Shown here in pieces: positions 47,101 to 58,797 of a stretch of DNA of 64,000 bases. The DNA is taken from positions 62,001 through 126,000 of the forward strand of contig NIVC01001574.1 in NCBI GenBank assembly GCA_002269645.1. The letters run 5' to 3'. A model generated the notes under the pieces. It saw nothing but the letters and a program-made list of their open reading frames with translations, ran no database searches and had not been told where the DNA came from. A program made the translations under genes and the position numbers. This DNA is from Macrostomum lignano (lineage: Eukaryota). The first letter of the stretch is position 1; the number at the start of each line of letters is the position of its first letter.

Positions 47101-50100
47101 AGTGCCATGATTGGGTGTACTAGTGCCATGATTGAGTGTACTAGTGCCATGACTGGGTGTACTAGTGCCATGACTTGGTGTACTAGTGCCATGACTGGGT
47201 GTACTAGTGCCATGATTGGGTGTACTAGTGCCATGATTGGGTGTACTAGTGCCATGATTGGGTGTACTAGTGCCATGATTGAGTGTACTAGTGCCATGAC
47301 TGGGTGTACTAGTGCCATGATTGGGTGTACTAGTGCCATGATTGGGTGTACTAGTGCCATGATTGAGTGTACTAGTGCCATGATTGGGTGTACTAGTGCC
47401 ATGATTGAGTGTACTAGTGCCATGATTGAGTGTACTAGTGCCATGATTGGCCATTATTGGGCTGAGACAAAGCCCATTCCTAATTAAGCGGCATTACTCA
47501 ACAATGATTGCGTTAAACAAAGTATAAGACACTCAATCGTTCAGTCATCTTTATCAGATGAAGCCTTACTGAGAGGCAGACTAAGCCGAATATTACACAG
47601 CTTCATCTGCTCTGCTTGTTGGCCGCCTTTTGCGATGCCCAATTTCAGTTTTATTGCCAACTGTCTCTCCCCCAGGGGTTCGGGTTGTAAATTCTTCTTA
47701 ACTGCACAGCCTCCGGCTTCGATTTATTATTATAGAGATGAAGCTGGTCTCTGGGTGGTTTTTAGTGTGTGGGTTATTATGGTTATGGTTATGGTCGAAC
47801 TAGGTTGGTCTTGTCGTTATATACAATCAAAGCGACCTAGAGTGTAAAAGATACCAACTGAAACAAGATGAAGACCATTCGATCTGCGAAAAAAATCCAT
47901 TAATAAGTTACGCAGGTACACGAAATTCAATAACACTGATCAGCGCTTTTTACGCACCTTCTCAAACAAGAATCATCAAGTGGCCAGCCCTTCGGACCGT
48001 CGGGATATTCAACGATGTGTTCAAAGCCAACGATGCATCATCTGCAGGATATCCTCTATTAGCCTCTCAACCTCTCAGTCAACATGCTTTCTGGCTTTGA
48101 AAAAGCTTCATTATTCGGAAACAGAGCTCCAAAGTCGATTGGTGCCACTTTTTGAAGGTACCGACGGTGTCGGGGAGATACCTGATTACTTGTCGAGGAT
48201 TTCGAGTAGTTGAGCTTTTCCTACTGCGAAGGCTTGCTCTGCAACACTCTCGACAGAGTTATGGTTAGTCACTGGGTGCTAACTGTTGAAGTTCCAGAAG
48301 CTACTCCTAGGTAAAGACCAGTGGCTGCCGAAGTCAGCTGATGCAGACATGCGGTTGATGAGCTGATGAATTTTGAAGGCTTGCTCGGTGCCATTCGCGA
48401 CAGGGTGTCCATAGTCACTGGGTGCTTTGTCCACAATAAGCTGGACTGAAATCTGGGTAGGGCGAAAATATGCGGCAAATTAGATTGATGCTGACATTTT
48501 TGTTCTTTCTCTCTGGGTTATGGGAATTCGCGCACCAAGTTTGCCCCTGTCTGCTTTGTTTGTTTGCCCGTTACCTTCGTCTGTGGGCCAGGAATGCGGT
48601 AGGAAGACGGGCTGCCGGCCTTGGCAGCCTCTAATCTCTCTAATCGGATTGTCAAACTGGCGTTTCCTGGGCCAACAAGCCGGCAACTCTGTGTACATTA
48701 GGCTTTTAAAAGTACATTAGGAAAGTTTTTATTGTCGGTTGGATTAGAGATCTAAACAATTACGAGGTCATTTGACCCCTCCTCAGGGTTCCGAGGTCAT
48801 CTGACACCCCATCCAGGGTTCTGAGGTCATCTGACACCCTATCCAAGGTTCTGGGGTCATCTGACACCCTATTCAAGGTTCTGAGGTCATCTGACACCCT
48901 ATCCAAGGTTTTGAGGTCGTCTGACACCCTATCCAAGGTATTGAGGTCGTCTGACACCCTATCCAAGGTTCTGAGGTCATCTGACACCCTATCCAAGGTT
49001 TTGAGGTCGTCTGACACCCTATCCAAGGTTCTGGGGTCATCTGACACCCTATCCAAGGTTCTGAGGTCATCTGACACCCTATCCAAGGTTTTGAGGTCGT
49101 CTGACACCCTATCCAAGGTATTGAGGTCGTCTGACACCCTATCCAAGGTTCTGAGGTCATCTGACACCCTATCCAAGGTTTTGAGGTCGTCTGACACCCT
49201 ATCCAAGGTTCTGAGGTCATCTGACACCCTATCCAAGGTTTTGAGGTCGTCTGACACCCTATCCAAGGTTCTGAGGTCATCTGACACCCTATCCAAGGTT
49301 TTGAGGTCGTCTGACACCCTATCCAAGGTTCTGTGGTCATCTGACGCCCCATCCAGGATTCTGTGGTCATCTGACACCCCATCCAGGATTCTGTGGTCAT
49401 CTGACACCCCATCCAGGATTCTGTGGTCATCTGATACCCCATCCAGGATTCTGTGGTCATCTGACACCCCATCCAGGATTCTGTGGTCATCTGACGCCCC
49501 ATCCAGGATTCTGTGGTCATCTGACACCCCATCCAGGATTCTGTGGTCATCTGACGCCCCATCCAGGATTCTGTGGTCATCTGATACCCCATCCAGGATT
49601 CTGTGGTCATCTGATACCCCATCCAGGATTCTGTGGTCATCTGACGCCCCATCCAGGATTCTGTGGTCATCTGACACCCCATCCAGGATTCTGTGGTCAT
49701 CTGATACCCCATCCAGGATTCTGTGGTCATCTGACACCCCATCCAGGATTCCGTGGTCATCTGACACCCCATCCAGGATTCTGTGGTCATCTGATACCTC
49801 AGAGCTCCAAGGGCACCTGAACCCCCGGAGTTCTAAGGTTATATGACCATCCATATATCTGAGGTCATTTGTCCCCATACCTCAGAGCACCAAGTTCATC
49901 TGAGGTCACCTAACTTAGCGAGTATGGGCAGTCAACTGATCAGTTATTGCTTTAGCAGAAAACAACTATATCAGGATTAGCTATATTGTTCTCCGCTGTT
50001 AAAACCATTAGTTGGCTACTGACAGTAGTCAAATCATACCATGCAAATCTGCCTTCAATGCTTGCAGCCTCGTCTAACCCGGCAGCATCGGGCAGGTCGA

Positions 50101-53100
50101 TCCAGTTCCGCGGCATCCGCCAGGACCCGGGCATGTTCACCGCCAACCCCAGCCGCCTGGCCGGGGAGCTGCTGACGGTCCGGCTGGTTAAGTCGCCCGG
50201 CGGCCTCGGCATCACCATCGTGGGCGGCGGCGACCGCGCCAAGCCCGAGTTCCTGCAGGTCGCTTGGGCTGCCTGTTGCTGGGGGATGTTGCAGTCGCTT
50301 TTATCCCTTACTGTATTTTCATCGCATGGCTTGGTCACCCTTCGTCTGCATTTCATCCCATATCCCTATCATTTGTATTGATCCCAATTATCAATAATCC
50401 CAATTATCCCAATCATCATTGATCCCGTATTATCCCAGTCATTAATAATCCCAATCATCAATAATCCCATTTATCTAAATCATCAATGATCTCAATCATC
50501 CCAATTATCCCAATCACCATTGATCCCATTTTATCCCAATCATCATTGATCCCAATTATCCCAATAATAATTAATACCAATTATCCCAATCATCATTGAT
50601 CCCATTTTATCCCAGTCATCATTGATCCCAATTTATCCTAACTGTCATTGATCCTAATTATCCCAATTATCATTGACCCCAATTATCCCAATCATTCCTC
50701 GTATTTAATCCCAATTATCCCTTCTGTCATTGATTCGCATCATCCCAACCGTCACTGCTCCCCAACCTGCAGGTGAAGTCGCTAGTACCGGGCGGGCCAG
50801 CAGCCGAGGACGGGCGGCTGCAGAGCGGAGACGTGCTGGTGTACGTGAACGAGCAGCTGGTGCTGGGCGGCACTCACGAGGACTTGATCAGCCTGTTCCG
50901 GCAGATCGAGCCGGGCCAGCTGGTGACCCTGACGGTGAGCACCGGCTACCGCCTGCCCGTGAGCGCCAGCGACCCCCGGGCCGAGGTCATCACGAAGGTG
51001 GCGGCGGCCCTGGACACCAACGGCGCCGGGTCGCAGCGCAGCTCGCACTCGGGCAGCTCCGGCCTCGGCAGTCCCGGACAGGCGGGTGCGGCTCTGGCCG
51101 GCATGTCCGGGATGTCCCTCGGCCGGGCGGAGCTGATCAAGGCGGTGATCAACCGCAGCGTGGCCGGGTTCGGCTTCACCATCGCCGACTCGCCTCAGGG
51201 CCAGCGGGTCCGACAGATTGTTGATGAGAGCCGCTGCCGCGGTCTACAGGTGAGGGCTGGACTGGCAACAGGCCCTGCAAAATCCCACGATATCCCCTAG
51301 GCCCTGCAAAATCCCATGATATCCCCTAGGCCCTGCAAAATCCCACGATATCCCCTAGGCCCTGCAAAATCCCACGATATCCCCTAGGCCCTGCAAAATC
51401 CCATGATATCCCCTAGGCCCTGCAAAATCCCACGATATCCCCTAGGCCCTGCAAAATCCCACGATATCCCCTAGGCCCTGCAAAATCCCATGATATCCCC
51501 TAGGCCCTGCAAAATCCCACGATTTCCCCTAGGCCCTGCAAAATCCCATGATATCCCCTAGGCCCTGCAAAATCCCATGTTATCCCCTAGGCCCTGCAAA
51601 ATCCCATGTTATCCCCTAGGCCCTGCAAAATCCCATGATATCCCCTAGGCCCATCAGAATCCCATGATATTCCAAAGGTCCTGCAATATCTCATTATATC
51701 CTCTAGTTCCTGCAAAATTCCATTATATCCCCATAGGCCCTGCAAAATCCCATTTTATCCCCTAGGTCTTGCAAAATCCCATTATATCCCCCTAGACCCT
51801 GCAAAATCCCATTATTTCCCCTAGGCCCTGTGAAATCCCTTGATATCCCATTGGGTTGCAAAATCCATTTTGGGTTGACTGATCCCAAATTTATCCCCTT
51901 ACATTCTGAATCCCAACGCAGCCCGGCGACCTGCTGATCGAGGTGAACTCCCGCCGGGTCAAGGAGCTGCCCCACACAGACGTGGTTCGAATTCTCGCCG
52001 AGTGCCCCATCGGGCAGGACTGCAGCTTCCTACTGCAGCGGGGCAGCCTGCCGCAGGCCTCCGTGGCGGGGCCGCCCACCTTCCGGACTTCAGCGTCGCA
52101 CAGCGGCGGCTTGGCGTCTTTGGCGGACTCAGCGACTGCCGCTGGCGGCTTCGGGCACTCCAGCTTCCTGCCACGTGAGATCCCTTTGTTTGTGCCTTAG
52201 CAACAGCCCCATCGTGCCTGTTCTCCCCTAGGCAGTTCTCCTCCTAGCAACGCCCATTTCCCCTCAGCAACAACCGTTTTTCCCCTTAGCAACACCCATT
52301 GTGCCTTATCAACAACCGCTTTTCCCCGTAGCAACGCCCATTGTCCCTTAGCAACAACTGTTTTCCCCGTAGCAACGCCCATTGTCCCTTAGCAACAACC
52401 GTTTTTCCCCTTAGCAACGGCAGCCCCCGTCTGCCCTCAGCAGCGTCAGCGGGCAGCGGCCCGAGCAGCTCATCTGGTGGCGCAGCAATCTCGAATTTCT
52501 CTCGGCACGCGCCGCTCCGCTCGTCCCGGCCGGACACGGGCAGCTCCAGCGTGACGGTGACGGCCTACCCGCCGCCAGCCTCCTCCGCTGCATCGTCGGG
52601 CTCAACGGCTGGCACCGTCCCGCGCTTCCGCAGCCGGACGCCCGGCCCTGAGGCTAGCCTCAGCGGTTCGGCCTTCGATGACCAGCAGCAGCAGCAGCAG
52701 CCGGCGCGGCCCAGAACTCCTACCGGTCTGGTGGAGGGTCGCGGCTACCATCAGCAGCAGCAGGTGCAGCAGCTTCATCCGCAGCCTCCGTCAGCCTCAG
52801 CGGCCACGGCCGGCTACGGTTCGCTGGGCCGGCGGCCCCGGGCTGCAGCGGCTGCCGCGGCTCCGCAGTTCACCGTCACGCTGTTGCGCAATCAGCTCGG
52901 GCTGGGCATTCGGATACTGGGCGGCGCCGAGGAGGGGTCGCAGGTGAGACTCGGTAGTGAGATTCAGTAAAAGCCACATGAGCGCCACACCAGGAGCCAC
53001 ATGAGCGCCACACCAAAAGCCACATGAGCGCCACACCAAAAGACACATAAGCGCCACACCAAGAGCCACATGAGCGCCACACCAAGAGCCACATGAGTGC

Positions 53101-56100
53101 CACACCAAGAGCAACATGAGCGCCACACCAAGAGCCACATGAGCGCCACACCAAGAGCCACATGAGCGCCACACCAAGAGCCACGCCACACCAAGAGCCA
53201 CATGAGCGCCACACCAAGAGCCACATGAGCGCCTCACACCACACGAGAGCCACCATGGCCAGCTGGTCGGGCTCAGCTGCCCACGCTGACGGCCGAATCC
53301 GTCCGGGCGACGAGATCGTCAGCGTCAACGGGACCCCCTGCGTGGCGGCCTCGCACCATCGGGTTGTGCAGCTGCTCGAGTCCGCCGGGCCCCGCGTCAG
53401 CCTCGGCCTTTGCCGCAGCCCTGTCGCAATCGGAGACGCCGCCGCCCCCGTCTACCCGTACGACGTAACGCTGACGCGCCGGCAAGACGAAGGTTTCGGC
53501 ATCGTGATCGTCAGCTCGGTGACGCGGCCACCAGCTGGCAGCGGCGGCGGCGTGGTGCTGGGCGAATTCATCGGCCACATTATCGACGGGTCGCCGGCGT
53601 CCCGCTGCGACAAGCTGCGCCGCGGCGACCGCATCCTGGCCGTCAATGGCGTTGGAGCGGCCGGCGTCCATCATGAAGACATTGTCCGGATGGTGCGGGA
53701 CAGCGGCCTGCAGGTGCGCCTCACCGTGGGGCCGCCTCTGCCCGGCCAGGCCGGCGCACCGCCTCCGGGCTTGATTGGCAGGTGAGCCGGGTGCACATTT
53801 GTTTTACCTCTATCCTATTCTCGGTTATTCCATCTCAGCATCCCTTTTGGATTCTTGCACTTAATTCTCCCCGCATCGTGCACTATTTTTCATCCCTATT
53901 TTTCCATCCCCATTTCCCCAACCCCATTCATCCAACCCCATTCTCTCATCCCATTTTCCCAACCCCATTCTCCCATCCCCATTCTCTCATCCCCATTTTG
54001 CCAACCCCATTTATCCAACCCCATTCTCTCATCCCCATTTTCCCAACCCCATTCATCCAACCCCATTCTCTCATCCCCATTTTCCCAACCCCATTCTCCC
54101 ATCCCCATTCTCTCATCCCCATTTTCCCAACCCCATTCTCCCATCCCCATTCTCTCATTCCCATTTTGCCAACCCCATTCATCCAACCCCATTCTCTCAT
54201 CCCCATTTTCCCAACCCCATTCATCCAACCCCATTCTCTCATCCCCATTTTCCCAACCGCATTCTCCCATCCCTATTCTCCCATCCCCATTCTCCCATCC
54301 CCATTCTCTCATCCCCATTCTCTCATCCCCATTCTCCCATCCCCATTCTCTCATCCCCATTCTCTCATCCCCATTCTCTCATCCCCATTCTCTCATCCCC
54401 ATTCTCCCATCCCCATTCTCCCATCCCCATTCTCCCAAGCCCATTCTCCCATACCCATTCTCTCATCAACATTCTCCCATCCATATTCTCCCAACCCCAT
54501 TCTCTCATCCCCATTCTCCTATCCCCATTCTCCCAACCCCATTCTCCCATCCCCATTCTCCCATCCCCATTCTCCCATCCCCATTCTCCCATCCCCATTC
54601 CCCCAACCCCATTCTCCCATACCCATTCTCCCATCCCCATTCTCCTAACCCCATTCTCCCATCACCATTCTCCCATACCCATTCTCCCATCCCCTTTCTC
54701 CCATCCCCATTCTCCCATCCCCATTCTCCCATCCCCATTCTCCCATCCCCATTCTCTCATCCCCATTCTCTCATCCCCATTCTCTCATCCTCATTCTCCC
54801 AACCCCATTTTCTCATCCCCATTCGCCCATCCCCATTCTCTCATCCCCATTCTCCCATCCCCATTCTCCCATCCCCATTCTCTCATCCCCATTCTCCCAA
54901 CCCCATTCTCTCATCCCCATTCTCCCATCACCATTCTCCCATCCCCATTCTCTCATCCCCATTCTCCCATCCCCATTCTCCCAAGCCCATTCTCCCATAC
55001 CCATTCTCTCATCAACATTCTCCCATCCCCATTCTCCCATCCCTATTCTCCCAACCCCATTCTCTCATCCCCATTCTCCCATCCCCATTCTCCTAACCCC
55101 ATTCTCCCATCCCCATTCTCTCATCCCCATTCTCCCATCCCCATTCTCCCAAGCCCATTCTCCCATACCCATTCTCTCATCAACATTCTCCCATCCCCAT
55201 TCTCCCATCCCTATTCTCCCAACCCCATTCTCTCATCCCCATTCTCCCATCCCCATTCTCCCAACCCCATTCTCCCATCCCCATTCTCCCATCCCCATTC
55301 TCCCATCCCCATTCTCCCATCCCCATTCCCCCAACCCCATTCTCCCATCCCCATTCTCTCATCCCCATTCTCCCATCCCCATTCTCCTAACCCCATTCTC
55401 CCATCCCCATTCTCTCATCCCCATTCTCCCATCCCCATTCTCCCAAGCCCATTCTCCCATACCCATTCTCTCATCAACATTCTCCCATCCCCATTCTCCC
55501 ATCCCTATTCTCCCAACCCCATTCTCTCATCCCCATTCTCCCATCCCCATTCTCCCAACCCCATTCTCCCATCCCCATTCTCCCATCCCCATTCTCCCAT
55601 CCCCATTCTCCCATCCCCATTCCCCCAACCCCATTCTCCCATACCCATTCTCCCATCCCCATTCTCCTAACCCCATTCTCCCATCACCATTCTCCCATAC
55701 CCATTCTCCCATCCCCTTTCTCCCATCCCCATTCTCCCATCCCCATTCTCCCATCCCCATTCTCTCATCCCCATTCTCCCACCCCATTCTCTCATCCCCA
55801 TTCTCCCACCCCATTCTCTCATCCCCATTCTTCCACTCTTTCCTTTCCCAATCGCAGGGCAGTGGCCGGGCCGGCCTCCCAGTCCAGCGGCTCCCCGGAA
55901 CCGGCCAGCGTCCCGGCGGTGCCCCCCGGCGGGCTGTTCACCGCGGTGCTGCACAAGACGGACAAAGGCTTCGGCTTCTCCATCCGCGGCGGCGCCGAGT
56001 TCAACCAGATGCCGTTCTACGTGCTGCGGATCGCCGAGGGCGGCGGCGCCCACCAGTCCGGCCGCCTGCGGGTCGGCGACGAGATCGTGTCCATCAACGA

Positions 56101-56212
56101 CCGGCCGCTGGCGGGGATCACGCACACCGAGGCCATCCAGGTGATTCGGTCGGCCGGATCCACGCTGAAGCTGGTGTGCCGGAGACCCGTCTCTGCTGGG
56201 CCTGCGGACTAA
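38108..56212 (+). CDS. MAGI: MAGI-family scaffold (PDZ0-GuK-WW-PDZ1-5), ~1090 aa; exons 38108..38664, 39084..39356, 45122..45270, 50068..50258, 50773..51249, 51922..52174, 52441..52943, ~53250..53781, 55858..56212
   Basis: GuK (ENLYLRTVPVTTR...GVDYQFL...LLESGLYEGN/RYGTPKP); WW (LPDGWEKVVDPKYGVFYID/HINKKTQYERP); five PDZ domains with GLGITIVGG, GFGFTIAD, GLGIRILGG, GFGIVIVS and GFGFSIRGG loops. All junctions are in phase except the exon-8 acceptor (see findings). Confidence 0.92.
38712..39078. repeat. 32-bp minisatellite, MAGI intron 1
   Basis: TCCATGCTCC at 38825 and 38857. Confidence 0.88.
39708..43983. repeat. 4.3-kb 30-bp minisatellite (GGCATCTCAGCAA[CC/TT]CCTCC[C/T][A/G]TG[A/G]GC[C/A]TT) with higher-order duplication, MAGI intron 2
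   Basis: ~142 units read directly; explains the 1476, 935, 1387 aa and related ORFs. Confidence 0.97.
45288..47450. repeat. 21-bp minisatellite (GTGTACTAGTGCCATGATTG[A/G]), MAGI intron 3
   Basis: ~103 units; explains the 799, 779 and 749 aa ORFs. Confidence 0.97.
47910..48480. mobile_element. Diverged dispersed repeat homologous to the 7184..7798 element, in MAGI intron 3
   Basis: 47910-48010 aligns to 7238-7337 in the same orientation. The reverse complement of 48267-48301 matches 7367-7401 at 30/35 positions. Confidence 0.45.
48768..49800. repeat. 30-bp minisatellite with two variant blocks, MAGI intron 3
   Basis: CCTATCCAAGGTT units to ~49330, then CCCATCCAGGATT units. Confidence 0.93.
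50375..50745. repeat. Degenerate ~25-bp minisatellite (ATTGATCCCAATTATCCCAATCATC), MAGI intron 4
   Basis: Tandem, degenerate copies. Confidence 0.8.
51270..51860. repeat. 29-bp minisatellite (GGCCCTGCAAAATCCCATGATATCCCCTA), MAGI intron 5
   Basis: Period 29. Confidence 0.9.
52195..52420. repeat. 20/22-bp minisatellite of splice-acceptor-like units (TTTTCCCCTTAGCAAC), MAGI intron 6
   Basis: Tandem copies. Confidence 0.85.
52968..53255. repeat. 23-bp minisatellite (CCACATGAGCGCCACACCAAGAG), MAGI intron 7
   Basis: Period 23. Confidence 0.88.
53900..55830. repeat. 14-bp pyrimidine-rich minisatellite (CCCCATTCTCCCAT), MAGI intron 8
   Basis: ~135 units. Confidence 0.95.
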
Positions 56213-56224
56213 TGGGGATTGCGG

Positions 56225-56570
56225 TTCACTGTGACGGTTCACTGTGACGGTTCACTGTGACTGTTCACTGTGACTGTTCACGGTTCACTGTGACTGTTCA
56301 CAGTTCACTGTGACTGTTCACAGTTCACTGTGACTGTTCACAGTTCACTGGGACTGTTCACGGTTCACTGTGACTGTTCACAGTTCACTGTGACTGTTCA
56401 CGGTTCACTGTGACTGTTCACGGTTCACTGGGACGGTTCACGGTTCATTGTGACTGTTCACTGTTCACTGTGACTATTCACTGTTCACTGTGACTATTCA
56501 CTGTTCACTGTGACTGTTCACTATTCACTGTGGCTGTTCACTATTCACTGTGACTATTCACTGTTCACTG
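56225..56570. repeat. 13/20-bp minisatellite (TTCACTGTGACTG) directly after the MAGI stop codon
   Basis: Tandem copies. Confidence 0.85.
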
Positions 56571-57527
56571 GGACCAATCAAGTTTATTTGGGATAGTTTA
56601 CGGTTCACAGGGATGATTCAAAGTTCTCATGGATGATTTAAAGTTCACTGAGATGGTTCAGTTTTATTAGCATTATTTACAGTTAGCTGGGATCATTCCA
56701 AGTTCACTGGGAACATTCACACCGATTGCTGTCCCCAGAATCTCCCGACGCACCCAGTAAAGCCAGCTCTGTGGCGCCAGCGATCAGCTGACTGTATAAG
56801 TCCTGAGTTCGCGCTCACCGCTGTATTTTCGCACTTTGCTATTTTTTCCTTCGCTTTCAAAATCGGCCGCACTCGAATCGAGTTCTGCGCGCTTCTGGTT
56901 CGGGACCACGGAGTCAGCGGGCCCGCTTTTTGCCTTCGAATTTCTGTAGTTCCGCGTCTTCTTTTGCTGATGCCCGAGTTTCCCACTGAACATAACCGAT
57001 GTTGATGATGAATTATGAAATGCTGAGTTATTATTATTTATTGGGCCATCAGTTTTCTCATTGGTGCAATTTTTGTTACTGGCTGTCAATTGAGTTGGCG
57101 CTGAGCGCTTCGGGCGCTGCTGATGGGGCAGCCCTACCTGTGTAAAATAGTTTTTGTACCTGTCAGTTCCGCATATCAGTAAGTTTCAAATGTACTTTAT
57201 TGATTGCGCTCTGGATGATTTTAATCACACATATTACTTCTCCTACTCTGTACTCAAATATCTCAGTTAATCTCGCTGATGTATCGCTGTATTAAACTTT
57301 TTGATTTCACGGGGCGGCTACGAGCGTATGTAAACTCATATATAAATCCTTTTTATAAGCTTCATTCGTTGCTGATTGTTCATGTTAATATCGTATTTCA
57401 AATTTGATTAAATCATGTGTCAGCTTGGCTCATACTGTGCTGGATTGTTTTTTATGCTTTTTAACACTTTATTTAGGCTAATGGAGTTTGCAGTTTTAGA
57501 CTTCAGCGAAAAAGAGAAGCTGAGTGA

Positions 57528-57895
57528 GCATTGATGAGGCGCCAATTTGGGTATTGATGAGGCGCCAGTTTGGGCATTGATGAGGCGTCAGTTTGGGCAT
57601 TGATGAGGCGCCAGTTTGAGGATTGATGAGGCGCCAGTTTGGGGGTTGATGAGGCGCCAGTTTGGGCATTGATGAGGCGCCAGTTTGGGCATTGATGAGG
57701 CGCCAGTTTGGGCATTGATGAGGCGCCAGTTTGAGCATTGATGAAGCGCCAGTTTGGGCATTGATGAGGCGCCAGTTTGGGCATTGATGAGGCGCCAGTT
57801 TGAGCATTGATGAGGCGCCAGTTTGGGCATTGATGAGGCGCCAGTTTGGGCATTGATGAGGCGCCAGTTTAAGCATTGATGAGGCGCCAGTTTGG
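57528..57895. repeat. 23-bp minisatellite (GGCATTGATGAGGCGCCAGTTTG)
   Basis: Period 23. Confidence 0.9.
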
Positions 57896-58141
57896 TATTG
57901 ATCCCCCCCCCAAGTCCTTGCACTGAACAGCCGTACGCAGCCTTCAGATAGCTACGACCGAGCGGTGGGATGCACATCTGACCATTAGTAATTAGTCATA
58001 TTAATCTTATTTACTCCGCCACCGAAGATGTCGACACCAGGAGCGACTCTGCCGCTGTACAACTATAAATAACGCAGATGTGGATAATATGTATAAATAA
58101 TATGTATCAAACTGACTGTATACAAACCACAGATAATAAAT
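57855..58141 (+). repeat. 287-bp direct repeat, copy 1
   Basis: Matches 63584..63868 except for C-run length (9 vs 7 C). Confidence 0.92.
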
Positions 58142-58670
58142 GCCAATAATTACGAGTTACTTTGCAAAAATACTTTTACTACGGCACAAATGATGTACAA
58201 GAAATGAAACCGTCACAACATAGCTATCAAGGTTGTTCGGAATGAACTAGTAAAAAGTTAACAGGCAATTAAAGTTGTCGCGTCAAGTACAAGCTGTTTA
58301 ACTACGGCGTTTTCCAATTTAATCGAGTTAAAGAGCAGGCAATTTAATCATTAGTGTAGGTGTAGAATAAAGCTATTGAAGACTTGCTTTTCATTGTCTA
58401 TGCCCCAAAAAGGTCTGTGGTTGCTCCATAGAACCCCTTTTGGGCCATTGAGGCCATAGACGACAACAAAAAGCGATTCTTCAGTGGCTTGATTTTACAC
58501 CAATTACACTTTGCAGCAAGCCGTTTTGAAATTGCGGCAATGTAGTGTAAAATTATCTTAAAACAACGGCAGATGCGCAAAATTGGGGTAAAATGGAATT
58601 GAAAATTGAAAACGTCAGTTTTAACACAGTATTTCATCATTAAGTACGTATTCCTAACATAGAAAGACAT

Positions 58671-58797
58671 CTGCAACGTAAGCAGCAGCCCCTCCTGCAC
58701 CGTCTGTGGACATTACGATCCTGGGCGCGGATGATGTGGCCTGTCAGCTTCAACCACCCATGACGCAACAGGTCGTCATCGAAAGGCTGCGGGTATA
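58671..58797 (-). mobile_element. Diverged fragment of the same LINE family as 29369..29684
   Basis: CTGCAACGTAAG.AGCAGC.CCTCCTGCA...GGCGCGGATGATGTGGCCTG.CAGCT aligns with 29545-29625. Confidence 0.6.

Noticed and set aside
45088-47487. 799/779/749-aa repeat ORFs
   Set aside because: 21-bp array in MAGI intron 3; the real exon (45122-45270) is in another frame.
48760-49878. 372/311/305-aa ORFs
   Set aside because: 30-bp minisatellite read-through.
53782-55814. Pro/His/Ser-rich and Gly/Trp/Glu-rich ORFs
   Set aside because: 14-bp minisatellite in MAGI intron 8.
56717-57089. 89-aa and 101-aa minus-strand ORFs
   Set aside because: No recognisable motifs; antisense to the probable MAGI 3' UTR.
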